Source: Fimbriosthenelais zetlandica
Taxonomy: Eukaryota
Length of the DNA: 64,000 nt
Assembly: GCA_977030845.1 (NCBI GenBank)
Contig: OZ365112.1
Span: 18,724,001-18,788,000 of the forward strand
Reading direction: 5' to 3'
Shown here: positions 1 to 11,894 of the stretch, one piece after another
Position numbering within the stretch: position 1 is the first letter of the stretch
How the letters are laid out: each line of letters begins with the position of its first letter
Notes under the pieces: generated by a model
The model's database searches: none
Told to the model about the DNA's origin: nothing
The model's input: only the letters and a program-made list of their open reading frames with translations
Translations under genes and position numbers: made by a program

Positions 1-3000
1 GCCAAGCCTGCAGGATACAAAACAGTTAATCAGTTTTTTTTCGTCGAAAGTAACGGTTGAAGACATTTAACTGAGTATTCATTTCATCAGATTAGATCAG
101 TTATAGGGGTTTATCCTCACAGATAATAAGACTGGGTATATCATCATATGAAATGATCTTAAATTAAATGTCCACAAAACCAAATTAGCAAAAGGTTACA
201 TAGAATTATTAATCAACCAATTAATAGACCCGATTTTAAGCAAAGTTAATAACCTTTGAGTAGGGATATCAGCTATCAGCTTAACTCACCATAACTACGA
301 CTTCGTGCTCGCTTATCTGATTCTTCTTCATGCTCTCCTTGATATGAGCAATGATTTCCTTCACTGGTTCCTCGTTACGCATCATTTCCTCCATCTGTTT
401 GTGGAGCTCCTTCTTTACTTCCATGGTTGCTTTAGCACGCTGAAAGATCAAGTTAACAGTGAAATTAAAGCTGGCATATTTCAGATGACTTACAATACTC
501 AAAACCATGAATTACTTTTATCATTTTATCAGACATTAAGAATAAAGATTGCTTGCATTGGCAGACATATTAAGAATAAAGATTGCTTGCATTGGAACGC
601 AAAGGAACTTACTTGATAATCGCATATTTGACTCAGGCCTGCCCCCTGAAAGTGATTCTGAAAGTTGGCTAGCGTCCGTTTGTTGATGGGCAACAAATTC
701 TGTAAGAAAAATTACAGGAAATATTAATATATTTCTAATGGTCTAGACATAAAATATCAGTTGGTTGATTATTAGAATGAATAACGTAATTTAATGCCAA
801 TACATTACGTCCTAAGTAAAGTAATTTATGCAAATTAATCTTTTAAATATAGGGAACTCTTCCCTGCTATGCAATACAGATCGATATATCTACTCTGCAA
901 ATTTATCCATATAAAGCACGTACCATTAATTTCCCCTCCAGCCCAGCACGTTTTAAAGTACTGGCTATGTTGCTTAGGTCTTTCTCCACCAACCATGCCT
1001 TAAACAGATCGGTAGCAAAGCTCAGGGCTATTCCTGCAAGAACAAATCATGCACACACCATGCGTTATTACGGCGGGTAAATTAATCAGATCTACCAACG
1101 ACATCAACTCACTGAGGGATACTCAACAAAGCAACCTCCAATTCCACCTCTGGTTAGAGGAATTGAATACAGAATACAGTATTACACCCATTACAACTTG
1201 ATAACTTACTAATTTTAGTATGTTGGAGTGGGAGGAAAAAGTACACTATAACTATGGTCGGTGTAGGGAGCCGGAAGCAAGTAGAGGAACCCCATGAAAT
1301 AACAGTATGGTTTCTTAAATATACACATGCCATTATAAAGGAACTGGGCAGGATGAGCTAAACCATTTCTAAGGTCTCTACATCCTCACCATGAGACTAT
1401 CGTCTATATGAGAGCGTTTCAACGTGGAAGATAAATGCTTGATGTCCCGCTCCCGTAACCAATGGCGGAAAACCTCAGTGGCAAACTAAGGATATTCCTG
1501 GAACAATGTGCCACAACTTTGTGTATTACATCGGGTTTGGGGACCGGCCACCCAGAAAAATTCTGATATTTTGCCTCAATATAAGAATCCTGTTATATTC
1601 AGAGGATTTTGTCTTCATTAGGTACGGATATGAAGCAAAAGAAAATAAGTACCGTCTTTGACGAGGTGATCCTCAAAGAGAGCCTGGAGACAGGTGGCAT
1701 TTCCCATGGCATTGGCCAGGCAGATGCCCATCACTGTCGCTAGCTTTTGCCGCTGTTTCTCATCGAAACCTTTGAGGAAGATGATGAGCTGTAGAGGAAG
1801 AAGTAAAATGATGCCGTCAGACAAAACCAATAAGACATTCTCTGCCACACCATATTTATTCAAGACAGCAATTCAGGATATTTTTAATTGTTAAATATTA
1901 ATGGATTATTTACAAGACAAAATTTTTGAAAATGCAGACAGATCAAAATATACCTTTTTAAGTTCATCTTCGAAGCTCCTCTCCAGGTATTTGTAGCGTC
2001 TTATCAGCTTATAGAAGATCTGTAGATACAAATACAGCAATCAATACAATGACCTAGTGTACAAGTTGTAAATCAGCAATTAAATTAAAATTTTGCCATA
2101 TTTGGCTATACTACATAGTTACTTCGGATAAGATGGAACGCCATACAATTCTGGGAGCAGGAAAAATTCAGCATGGACAAAGGTAGGACACTGATGTTTT
2201 CCATGGATATATAGTAAGATACTTACCGCATACTGTGCCTTAAGAGTTTGGTAATCCTCCTCCGCGGAGAAAACACAGTATTCTGTGCGGTAGACCTTAG
2301 TGGGGTCCGCATCTTCAATAATTGAACCACCGGGAGCTGAAGAGAAACCATATCATTTCAGAACATAGCAATTAACATTCCGAAACATTAAACTCAAAAA
2401 TTAAGTTTCAGTAAAAGGCGATTTCATTTCATCAGATTAGATCAGTTATAAGGGTATATCTTCACAGATATTACGACTTGGTATATCATCATATGAAATG
2501 ATCAAGAGGCAAAATTTATTTTATCTATATAAATATGTTATATAATATGATCAAAAGGTTTTGACTCACCTAAAATTCCACCAGCAAACAAAATATCAAA
2601 GAGGGGTTCTGCATAACGTCTGTAATCTAGTCGTCCTCCAGATGCGTCCAGGAATTTAGAGATCTGCAGATGAGAAATTAGAAATCTTTAGTTTTGAACA
2701 TAAAACAATTAAGATACTGACAAAGGTGGTCACACAAGGAATGTACCTGCTGGCCCGCCTATGATCAAGCACAGCTAAGTGGGATAATATAGGATTGACT
2801 CAACCAATTATTTCAAAATCTTACCTAAGGCCTAGCCAACTTTGACAGGTGTAAATCTATTCTCCTACAATACACACACGTATTTAACCTCCTAATAAGA
2901 TTACAAGCGTTTTACTAAAAATAGATTTACGTACATATAGATTGACCTTATACTGAACTCGTAGGCCTACACAAGAACAACTCCTCAGACTATTCAAGAC

Positions 3001-3351
3001 ACAGGTCAAAAGGTACAGGATAAGATCTTTGTAATTCTACAGAATAAGGTGGAGGATTTAATGTATGTGTAAACTAATATTCACCTGATCTATATCGTTT
3101 CCAGTTTCGTTAAGACCTTGAACAATAGCATCACGGAATGCTGAAGGATTATATTTCTCCTTCTCATCTGCAAAAACCAAGTAAATTGTTGAAATACGGT
3201 ACCATTGATTATGAGCCAAGCATATTTATTTAGGAATAAACCACAGGAAAATTATAACCGCCTCAACAGTCTGATTAAAGCCTATCTTACCCCTTTTTCT
3301 GGTCTTGATGCGTTGACCTGATAACACAGGTTTTTCGACCTTCTGACTCAT
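1..3351 (-). CDS. BZW: Basic leucine zipper and W2 domain protein (eIF5-mimic, 5MP/BZW1/2 family); 3' part runs off the window start
   Basis: Phase-consistent GT-AG exons: 3291-3351, 3085-3167, 2570-2663, 2227-2336, 1954-2019, 1653-1788, 924-1033, 613-699, 290-439, 1-7. Translation [39 protein letters not shown]...[32 protein letters not shown]...[30 protein letters not shown] matches the BZW1/2 N-terminus as recalled. Confidence 0.96.
79..156 (-). ncRNA. Intronic box C/D snoRNA, copy A (BZW intron 8-289)
   Basis: Minus strand: terminal stem TCATTTCA...TGAAATGA, box C ATGATGA (141-147), C'-like GTGAGGA, box D CTGA (87-90). The 3' end lies about 70 nt from the 3' splice site. A near-identical paralog sits at 2424-2501. 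Confidence 0.85.
535..595 (+). repeat. Direct repeat of 27 bp (ATTAAGAATAAAGATTGCTTGCATTGG x2) in a BZW intron
   Basis: Exact copies at 535-561 and 569-595. Confidence 0.9.
2424..2501 (-). ncRNA. Intronic box C/D snoRNA, copy B (BZW intron 2337-2569)
   Basis: Same stem TCATTTCA/TGAAATGA, box C at 2486-2492, box D at 2432-2435, C'-like GTGAAGA. The 15 nt upstream of box D (TATAACTGATCTAAT) are identical to copy A, while the segment after box C has diverged. Confidence 0.85.
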
Positions 3352-4568
3352 AAAACAGTTTGCTACAAAAGGAAAGAAATGATTAAATTGTGTTAACAAA
3401 ATCAATGACATCTGTCGGAGTAACAGTATGTGATGGAACAAGTAACTGGACTATATAGGCCCCATTCACACTTAAATCTAAGTGAAGGCCATGGGAATGT
3501 TAAATCTGAAACCCTGTACGGTAATAATTCTACTGGAAATTAAGCCAATAATTCAGTCCAGACAATTATAGTCACACGTGGCGTGTGACGTCTGTGACAC
3601 CGACAAGATTTAGTCCTGGCACTAAATTTCCTATATTTGTAATTTGCACATCGATCTGATCTATATTTCAATGATTCAGAAATAAACATATGATGACAGA
3701 GACTCAGTCATCATCAAGTATTTCACACATCCTGGAACGCCTAACAAAGGACGAGAGTTTCCTGGTTCATGTCTGCTAAATCATGGCCATTTTTAAAAGA
3801 AAAGGAATATAATAAATATTGGATCTAAGGAATCGTTTGAAAGTTTTTCGCTTTATAACCCACAGAATATTACAAAATTCCGTAATATGATGGTATTCTC
3901 TGTGTATATTTTGAATAAACAGTCTAAATCGCAAATATGTCATGATGTGTAGCCGTAGGCCTACGCAGATTATTGTGCAATCATAATTCATTCGTGGCCT
4001 CGAAAACAAAACCTTGTAAGTTGTTTATGTCGCATAAATCCAGTCAATTTCACATAGATATCGCAATCAACTTAACACAAGATAAGAAAACGACTCATTG
4101 AGCATGTGGGAAATACACAAATTCCTTTGAAGGAAGTCTGTAAATGGCGTCGGCCATGAGTTAAGAAAAATGTCAACCCACGGACGAGCACGGCAAGACG
4201 CACTGTCAAGACAGCCGGCTTCCCAAAAATTTACAAATAAAGTATCATTTGTGGACTATCCAGTGCACATTGATAAAAAGATACCAAACGTACGAAACAG
4301 AATTTGACATAAAGGGGGAACCTTAGTGTAGTTTACCACAACATTAGTGTCTATTCGTACCTTACACTTTCACAATATTATTACCACGGAAGAAGGGGGC
4401 CATGTTGGGGGAGACAGTTGAAACGTGACAAAATAAGATACCCAGTTGTTTCTTTCTCAGCCCTTCGTTTCAAATAAATATCGAAATTAATTCAACTAAA
4501 AGTTCAAATGATAGTTCAACTAAAGTTAATAGTAAAGAAATCAGGTGTATTTAATACAGGAGACTTAC

Positions 4569-4790
4569 CGTGAACAACCCACCGACAGAAATAGTACAAC
4601 AGGGAGTGAGGAGGATATAGGTCACGAGCAGCAATGTGCTGCTTTGCACACGGCACTACTGTAACAAATTCGGTGAATCAACTGAAGAAAACGTAGGATT
4701 GTTTAAAGTTAGATTAGCCGGTGAACAGATCTTCTATGATATGAAGTCGTTACAGGCTGGTGCGAGCAAAATATAGTATTTCAAATCGCC
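4569..4790 (-). other. Probable non-coding first exon of BZW
   Basis: Strong donor CACG|GTAAGT at 4569/4568, upstream of the BZW ATG and next to the MRPL45 start. The 5' boundary is approximate. Confidence 0.5.
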
Positions 4791-5040
4791 GCAGTGTTAA
4801 ATAGTACCAAGTTCTGGGCTTGCATGTGACCTCAGCATTTCCGAACTAGCGATGAAGCTGGGCAATGATTGGCTTAAAACAATAGCATTGTAAAAATAAT
4901 GTTGTGGATGAATCTGGGAAATATTGATAGCCCATAAAAATATTAGAGATGAGAAAATGTAATTAATCAAATCATTTCTTCCATGTTTCAAAATTAAGAG
5001 TATGATAATAACGCAGTAAATAGAGAACCAAGATGGCGGC
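4790..5040. promoter_or_regulatory. Bidirectional promoter BZW/MRPL45 with YY1-type motif over the MRPL45 start codon
   Basis: Head-to-head arrangement; CAAGATGGCGGC at 5029-5040 matches the YY1 consensus. Confidence 0.55.
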
Positions 5041-7358
5041 CTCCGTGTCCATGCGTTCAGCTTGTGCCCTTTGCAAACAAGTTCAGGTAATTAATGCAAT
5101 ATTTCGCGCCATTATCAGGCGAGGAAGCACCTGGGATAAAGCAGGGAAAAATTCTAGTTCCTTTCGGTCTCATTGCATCATATTAAGTTAAGTTTTTATG
5201 ATTAGATGTAGGCAGTAACATCACTTGACTTTGCCGTACCGCCGCCCCGGTATGTCAGTGTCACTTTGCTTGTGTTGCTGTTTGGGCGCGCCCCCTTTCG
5301 GCTATCCTGGTTAAAACTAAGGGTATTTATAACGTAGTCCGATGGGGGCAGCACGTGAGGCTTGGATGTCAGGCTAGTATAACGTAAGCGATTTCAATTA
5401 AAATGGGAAATGGGGATACATTTATTTATTTCATTTTCAGGTTCTCAGGACACAGTCCTTCATTTACCCAGGTAGTGTCCTCGGGTTCCAGCCAGTTCGA
5501 TGCGCAACAAACAAACACTGGGATCCAAAATGGAGAAAACAAAGAGCTGCCAAAGTTTTCAAGGTAAACCTCAGATGGCATATTAAACATTTATATAGCA
5601 ATATACCGGTACGCGTGCATACAGCCTTATAGGTCTATAAAATTAATTGAAATTGACCCAAATTAATTGAATTGGAAAGTAAATTAACCAACCACTATTT
5701 GCAGCTGGATTTGCCCGATTTCGTGAAGAATCTGAAGGAGGCCAACTTATCACCTGAAGAGATGAGATCTAAAATGAAGAAAAGAGGACAGCTCCCACCT
5801 AGAACCTTCAATGAGAGAAATATTATCATCGCTAGTACAAGTATGAAATATAGATTTTAATATAGAATCTATCTAGATTAAATTTTTTTCATATTTTTTA
5901 TCAAAACTAAAGTCTATGAAATTGCATGATGATGATGTTGAAGTTGAATTTGTCATTATTTATCAGTAGCGATGGCAGTTACTATTGATAGAATTGATTG
6001 TTTTACCAAGTTTCTCCTTAGAATGATAATATGGCTTTGTGTCCATTGCAGGCTCTGTATTTGAGCCTTATGTACCACCAGAAGGAGATGGAGTTGCCTC
6101 TATCGTATCGTCGGAGGTAAGCCCCATTTTCCCTTCACAATTAGAACAATACACATATTTTAGTGTGGTGACTACACCATAGCGAGTAAGGAAGATTACA
6201 TGAACTTTACCTTAAGTTTTCTTCAATACCGGTTCCATCCTTCTAGCTTATACATTTGTTACTTCGTTCAATTTTTGTAGGGTGCCAAGCAAAGAGTTGT
6301 CGAACTTGAAAAGAAAGGAAAGTCTATATTGCAAGTCCGACAAATTAAGAAATTTGATGAGGAATTCAACACTACAGACTTTGCTCAAACCAGTCAGGAC
6401 CTGTATCTCGAGGCTCAACAATTATTAGAAAAGTAAGTCTTGTAACACTTCTTTAGATATTTGCCTTTAGCCAATATTTTTATTCTTATCGTGTTTTGGG
6501 TCTTGTCCCCGGATTTTTAACTGATTTATCTGATCCATAAATTTTATTTAAGTATTGAAGAAAATGAAGACCGCCTGCATGAGTTGGTGACAGAGAAGGC
6601 GTATCCGGTGAGTATTTTCTGTTAGGTTGGGATTTAAGCTATTTATATTATTTTTAGATCTTCGCTATAAATACTATAGCTAAATTAAATGCTGAATTAA
6701 ATATCTTTTTTTCAATATTAGGAGATGGTGTGGCGTCTGGACAAGAAGACCTTCAGATGGAAGTATGTGGAAGCTCTTGAACCACCCCGAGTGGTACATG
6801 TACGAGTAACCGACATGTTGTCTAAGGAAAACAAGTATGCTCAAGTCACCGTCCGATTTCACACCAAACAGGTAAGTACCGGTATTCACCCAGATGAAAT
6901 TTAAAGAAATATTTGCCTTTGTATTTTACAGTTGCTTGATTTTAAATGATTTATGGTTTTGATATAATTCACTTAAAGTGAGGCTCTACTAAGTACCGAG
7001 TCATTTGTGGAAATTTCTACATATTTATGAGCATTGTCTGCTAGAATTCATTTTTGTATTGCAGTCACTTGCAATCTATGATCGCTTTGGCCGACTGACA
7101 TATGGAAGTGAACATCTCGCAAAAAATATTTTGGAGTATGTCGTGTTTGAAAAGCATCTATCTGACGAATACGGAAGGTGGCGAATTCACGGCAAGGTGG
7201 TACCTGACTGGATGACTCAAAGAGAACCTGTTCTTCGTACCCTTCGGAGACCCAACTTCAATCCTATACCAGAGGACGAAGAACCCACGAAAGAGGGTAC
7301 AGAAAAACAGGAAGGAAATGTAGAAAAACGGGAAGGAAATGTAGTAGCTACTGCCTAG
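5033..7358 (+). CDS. MRPL45: Mitochondrial large ribosomal subunit protein mL45 (Tim44-like domain)
   Basis: Exons 5033-5086, 5441-5563, 5705-5840, 6052-6116, 6281-6432, 6553-6607, 6722-6871, 7065-7358, all phase-consistent. Motifs [76 protein letters not shown]...YGRWRIHGK. Confidence 0.96.
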
Positions 7359-8059
7359 GATCTATGTATAATAAATTGTCTTCCGATACTGTAAATAACG
7401 GACTTATCATGTTACATTGTAATCTTAAAAATTAATTTTCCATTGAATAATGAAGAAGTCGCTTATGTTTTTGTGCCTTTATTTATTGGCAAAATGTACA
7501 CTGAACACACGGGTCGTCACAGCAATATGTATCCAACATTATTAATTCGACTCTTCACATGAGCCGTGAATACCTCACATGACAATGAGTAATGTTCTCG
7601 TAACAACTTGACGATCTCTCATCTTGTAGTATTTCCACTACATGTATCTGGTTTACCGTACATAGATCAAAAATGCTTCAGTCGAGATCAAATTCAAGAT
7701 GGCTAATCTGGTAATTACAATGCGACGAGTTTGAGCAGCTTCTTACAATTATTATGACTTCACAAGTCATGCAAGTAACATCGGAGCAAAATGGCTTTCA
7801 ACAAGAAACTTTGAGTAGTCCTGGAAAAAATCCGCTTACAAATATAGAGATCCACTGTATTGAGCTTCATGTTATAAAAATAATAGTTCCTTATTATGTA
7901 TAGACGGCTTCAAAAACAGTCTAAACTACAATTCTTGCCTACACTGTTTTGCGTCTAATAGCCGGTACCTACACTGCGAGTGGAACTGTCTTACTCGTCC
8001 ACTTATCAACATGTTCAGCAGTAACTGTCATATACATAACGTGCTTTGAGCGTAACCTA

Positions 8060-11000
8060 TAACTGTTGAGTTTTTTATTGGACGTACCGAACTAAGTCCT
8101 TCCGACGGCGAATAATAATACATAGTCAATACTGTAATGTACAGAAAAAATACTGGAATAATATTTTGGCAGCAAGTAGAATAACAGCTGTTCATTGAAA
8201 CACTGGTAGATGTTAATTTTAACGTCAACATGTCGACCAGTTTAACATGTTCTTTAACCTATGTCAACTGATTTTAACGATTGGATCTTTTACAAGCCAA
8301 CAAAACGAGTATCATTGAGATTGTGTACAGCAGCGACCGAACACATATTATATATACTGAAGTCAATAAAGGAAAAAATAATAAATTACCGATTATGTTT
8401 TTTAAAGCACGTTTCCAGTTAGTGACCCTGACTCTTTTATAACTTAATACGGTCACAATTTGTTGACCCGTCTAAAGTTAATTTTCATTAAATAATAAAC
8501 TTCCATATAAATGCTGAGTTGACCCCTCAAAATGTAAAAAAACACACTGTTTTGTCCAATAAGGAAACACCAGGAAAAATGCCCCAAAGAGTCAAACACA
8601 ATGGCAAGTAAAGGGAGATCCACAGGAACTTATACAATGGGTATAAACTGGTCTACAGACGATGGTCTCCCTTCTCTCAGGAGTTCAAAGTCCTGAAGGA
8701 AGGGGGCCCAACTCTGAGACCTCTTTGGTCCGCACAAAAAAGGTATTAGAGAAAAAGTCACAGCAATACACACATGAAAATAAGAGCGGCTTCAAGAGTT
8801 ATTCTCTATCGGTCAACAGTACCTTTCTAATTCACTGGCATTATACACACCACCATACTAAGGCACTAGGCATGTCCTACCGATTCATTAAAGTTCTCTC
8901 TAAAAGCCCCGATCTCTATAGATAGTGCTTCCATGTCAATGATGGCAACAAAGTTTAAACACAATATCAACATACCTACATTTCACTGCAGTGCTCTTCA
9001 AAGGCACTGTTTATGCGTCAAAACCAAAGCAAAAGAAATTCCATACATTATTCCTCAGACCAAGTCACTAGAGCTCATTTCGTATTTCAATATACACATG
9101 TAATGCTTTCACCTCAAATGTTGCTAATGCCACAAGCAAAAATAAATAACTGTGCAATGCTGATAATGCTAGTCGGTTAGCAACAAGGAGTAAAGAAAAG
9201 TACCACCTCCACACTCACTGTGGCATAAAATCACAAACGTGGATCAATGAAACTACAGGGAATGTTAGATTCTAAATGGCGGTATATAAAATCACAATAA
9301 CTACGCAAAACACTGGACCCGCATTCTACCACTACTAAGCATTGAACACATTGGTGTGGGTTCGAGAAAAACCATTCACAAGTACATCTCTATAGTTTTG
9401 TCGCATAAAGGGGTCAGAATTTCTTAGTTATTAAAGATGGCTTTAATATTTATATAAATAATCGTTGCACATAACCAAGGTTATCTTAAATTATTAAATT
9501 ATAAATTATAACTTGTCCTTATATTATTCCAAATAGTGACTTTAGGCCTCACGTAAAGACCTTGTGAATGGCTCTCATAATGTAAGCATCAGGGAATGTA
9601 AATTTACAAAGAGCACATCATAAAATAAGTTAGTAAGCCTTTATCGGTGGTTACTATGGTAAATTTGGTCCCTTAGCAACACTTGGTAAAATCAATTAGT
9701 GTGGCAAGGCGAGCAACCTACTGTATCCATTTTTAATGCCAGTTTAAGACCATATTTTATACTTGAATAGTCGATTTCTAAAAATCTCTTTGATTCGTTT
9801 TCACCGGACAAGTTGTATACAATTCCACATTACAATTAAATATAAAAGCTCATAATGACTTGGTCTGTGGATTTGTAATATCAAGTTACTGTTTCTTCTC
9901 CATACGTCTATGACGCAAGCTTTGGCAAAGTGAACAGTCGCAGTGCACTTAGAGCACAGTATGGAAGCTACATTCAACTTGCCAACTCCTCACTAAGTGA
10001 GGAAGCTGTCTCAAGTAGTTAAGACCATATATACATAAACCTGGCTGGCTTTTTGGCTTAACTTTTCTGAGTATAATTACAAACTTATATAGGGTATGAG
10101 GGATTCACTTCTCCCAAAACAATTTGTACCATTCCTTTCAGCTTGCAACCCACAACCTCGCTGTCCAAGATGCTTTAAAACTATCACTGTCCAAATGCAA
10201 TGAGCCTAGAACTCGGGTAAAATATACACACAAATACTAAGGCAGAAAAATACCAGCGCAAAGTAAAATACAATGTATAAAATGCATGAACTCATTAAAA
10301 CACTTCAACCATTAAAGCCGTAAAACTCTCCTTTTCAGAGAAGCATTTGGTCTCTCATATGAAGACCTGTCAGAGTGACAAGGACCAATCCAGCAGAAAT
10401 AAATAACTCATCAACTGTCTTACCGTGTCTAACCAGTCTTGTCTTTACAAAAAAAATCTACATTCATAATGCCAACCATGAGTTCTTGACTGATAGTCTA
10501 GCGACTTGAAAATAATATGGCGTTTCACATAGAGATTCTCCCCCTCCCCTATTCCAGAAATGTCCACTTCTGACAAAATGTACGGTATACATGATTGCAA
10601 AGGCAATGCCATAATCTAAAACTGAACTTTTGTCCGTAAATGCAATACATAAAGAGCAATCTCAATATATAAAATGAAAAAAGGCAATATCAACAATGTT
10701 TACACACCTGCAAAACAACACAGGCTTATTTTTGGACACTCTGAAATAAATACTGTGGTCTTTCGAGACAGTCAGATCTAAATATGCTGCATGAACCTTA
10801 GAAAGTGACACGGAGACAGAACGCGCCAGCAGTCATCATTCATGACCCTAAGTCCTAAAAGATGAGATGGATGATACTGCTGGTCGTAATAAATTACACA
10901 CTCACACCTTGATACATACTTGATTTACACATAATTCTTCCCCAAAATAAACTTTCACATCCAGACTTTTTAGCCAGATTCCTGGATATCAATTGTTGAG

Positions 11001-11894
11001 AACTCGCCTCCATATTTTGAGAACTTGCCTCCATAGAGCTTAATCATATATTTACAAAAATCGTACATCTTTGGACATTAGAAAAACAATATTACATCAA
11101 AATTCATGCACCTATATATGAAAAACTAATATTTTGAGATCTTTTTGAAAAAGAAACTGAAACCTATGATACTGACTAAATCCTTTCTTCATTCTGCTGC
11201 CTTATACTGAGATTAATCTAAGCAATGTCGATCGATAATATTAAAGAAATAAGCACGTATCCAATCGATCTAATGCTAGTATTTAACTTTTAGCTGCTAA
11301 TACTATAAATTAACCTGGCGCTCCAAATATTTTTTTTTCTTTCTCTCAATGCGTTCACAGAACATAACACTATTCGACTACATTCGCAAGCATACCAATC
11401 TTAAGCACATACCTCTCTACCCAAACCAATAATTATACAGAATACACAAATATTCCTTCATCCATCTAGACTATCATCACCTTACTCCTTGACGCTGCCA
11501 TAAAAAGTATATACATGTATATAAATATCTCACAAATGGGGTTAAAAATGTCCACTGCTTCACACTCTCTGCGCAACCGTTTTTGAACACACCAATGGCA
11601 TAATAATAGTTTATGGCAATAACACATACTTCAAACACACTGATAAAGAGATCCTCTCAACCATTCAACACTTCATGGGCAAGGAAACCAACGAGGATAA
11701 CATCATGTATAAATGTCTCAACAATTCCAGTACAAGGACTTTGAGCAAATATCTTGTAGTAGCGATCACGGTCGGAGGATATTATAATATATAGTAGATC
11801 AATAAGTCCAGTCTCAGATGATGAGAATATCACGGTATCTATTTCCATACCACACGAGGAACACTGTATAGAGTTATTTATGTAAATGAGCGGT
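8060..11894 (-). other. Putative long 3'UTR of the zinc-finger gene
   Basis: AT-rich, no coding exons recognised. By eye, the first canonical minus-strand AATAAA after the stop (11895) is at about 8073-8078; further ones lie at 7478-7487. Confidence 0.5.

Noticed and set aside
3660-3720. Possible third C/D snoRNA (ATGATGA...CTGA) in the BZW 5' intron
   Set aside because: Only about 45 nt between the boxes, and box C is sequestered in an ATGATGAC/GTCATCAT hairpin.
1060-4300. H/ACA-like hairpins ending in ACA in BZW introns (near 1220-1320, 1440-1550, 4160-4290)
   Set aside because: I could not find a convincing two-hairpin fold with an ANANNA H box. A snoRNA covariance search would be needed.
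11657-11848. 63-aa ATG ORF starting 47 nt after the zinc-finger stop
   Set aside because: Out of frame with the main ORF, no homology recognised, and length within the chance range. Readthrough of the main TGA would add only a few residues.
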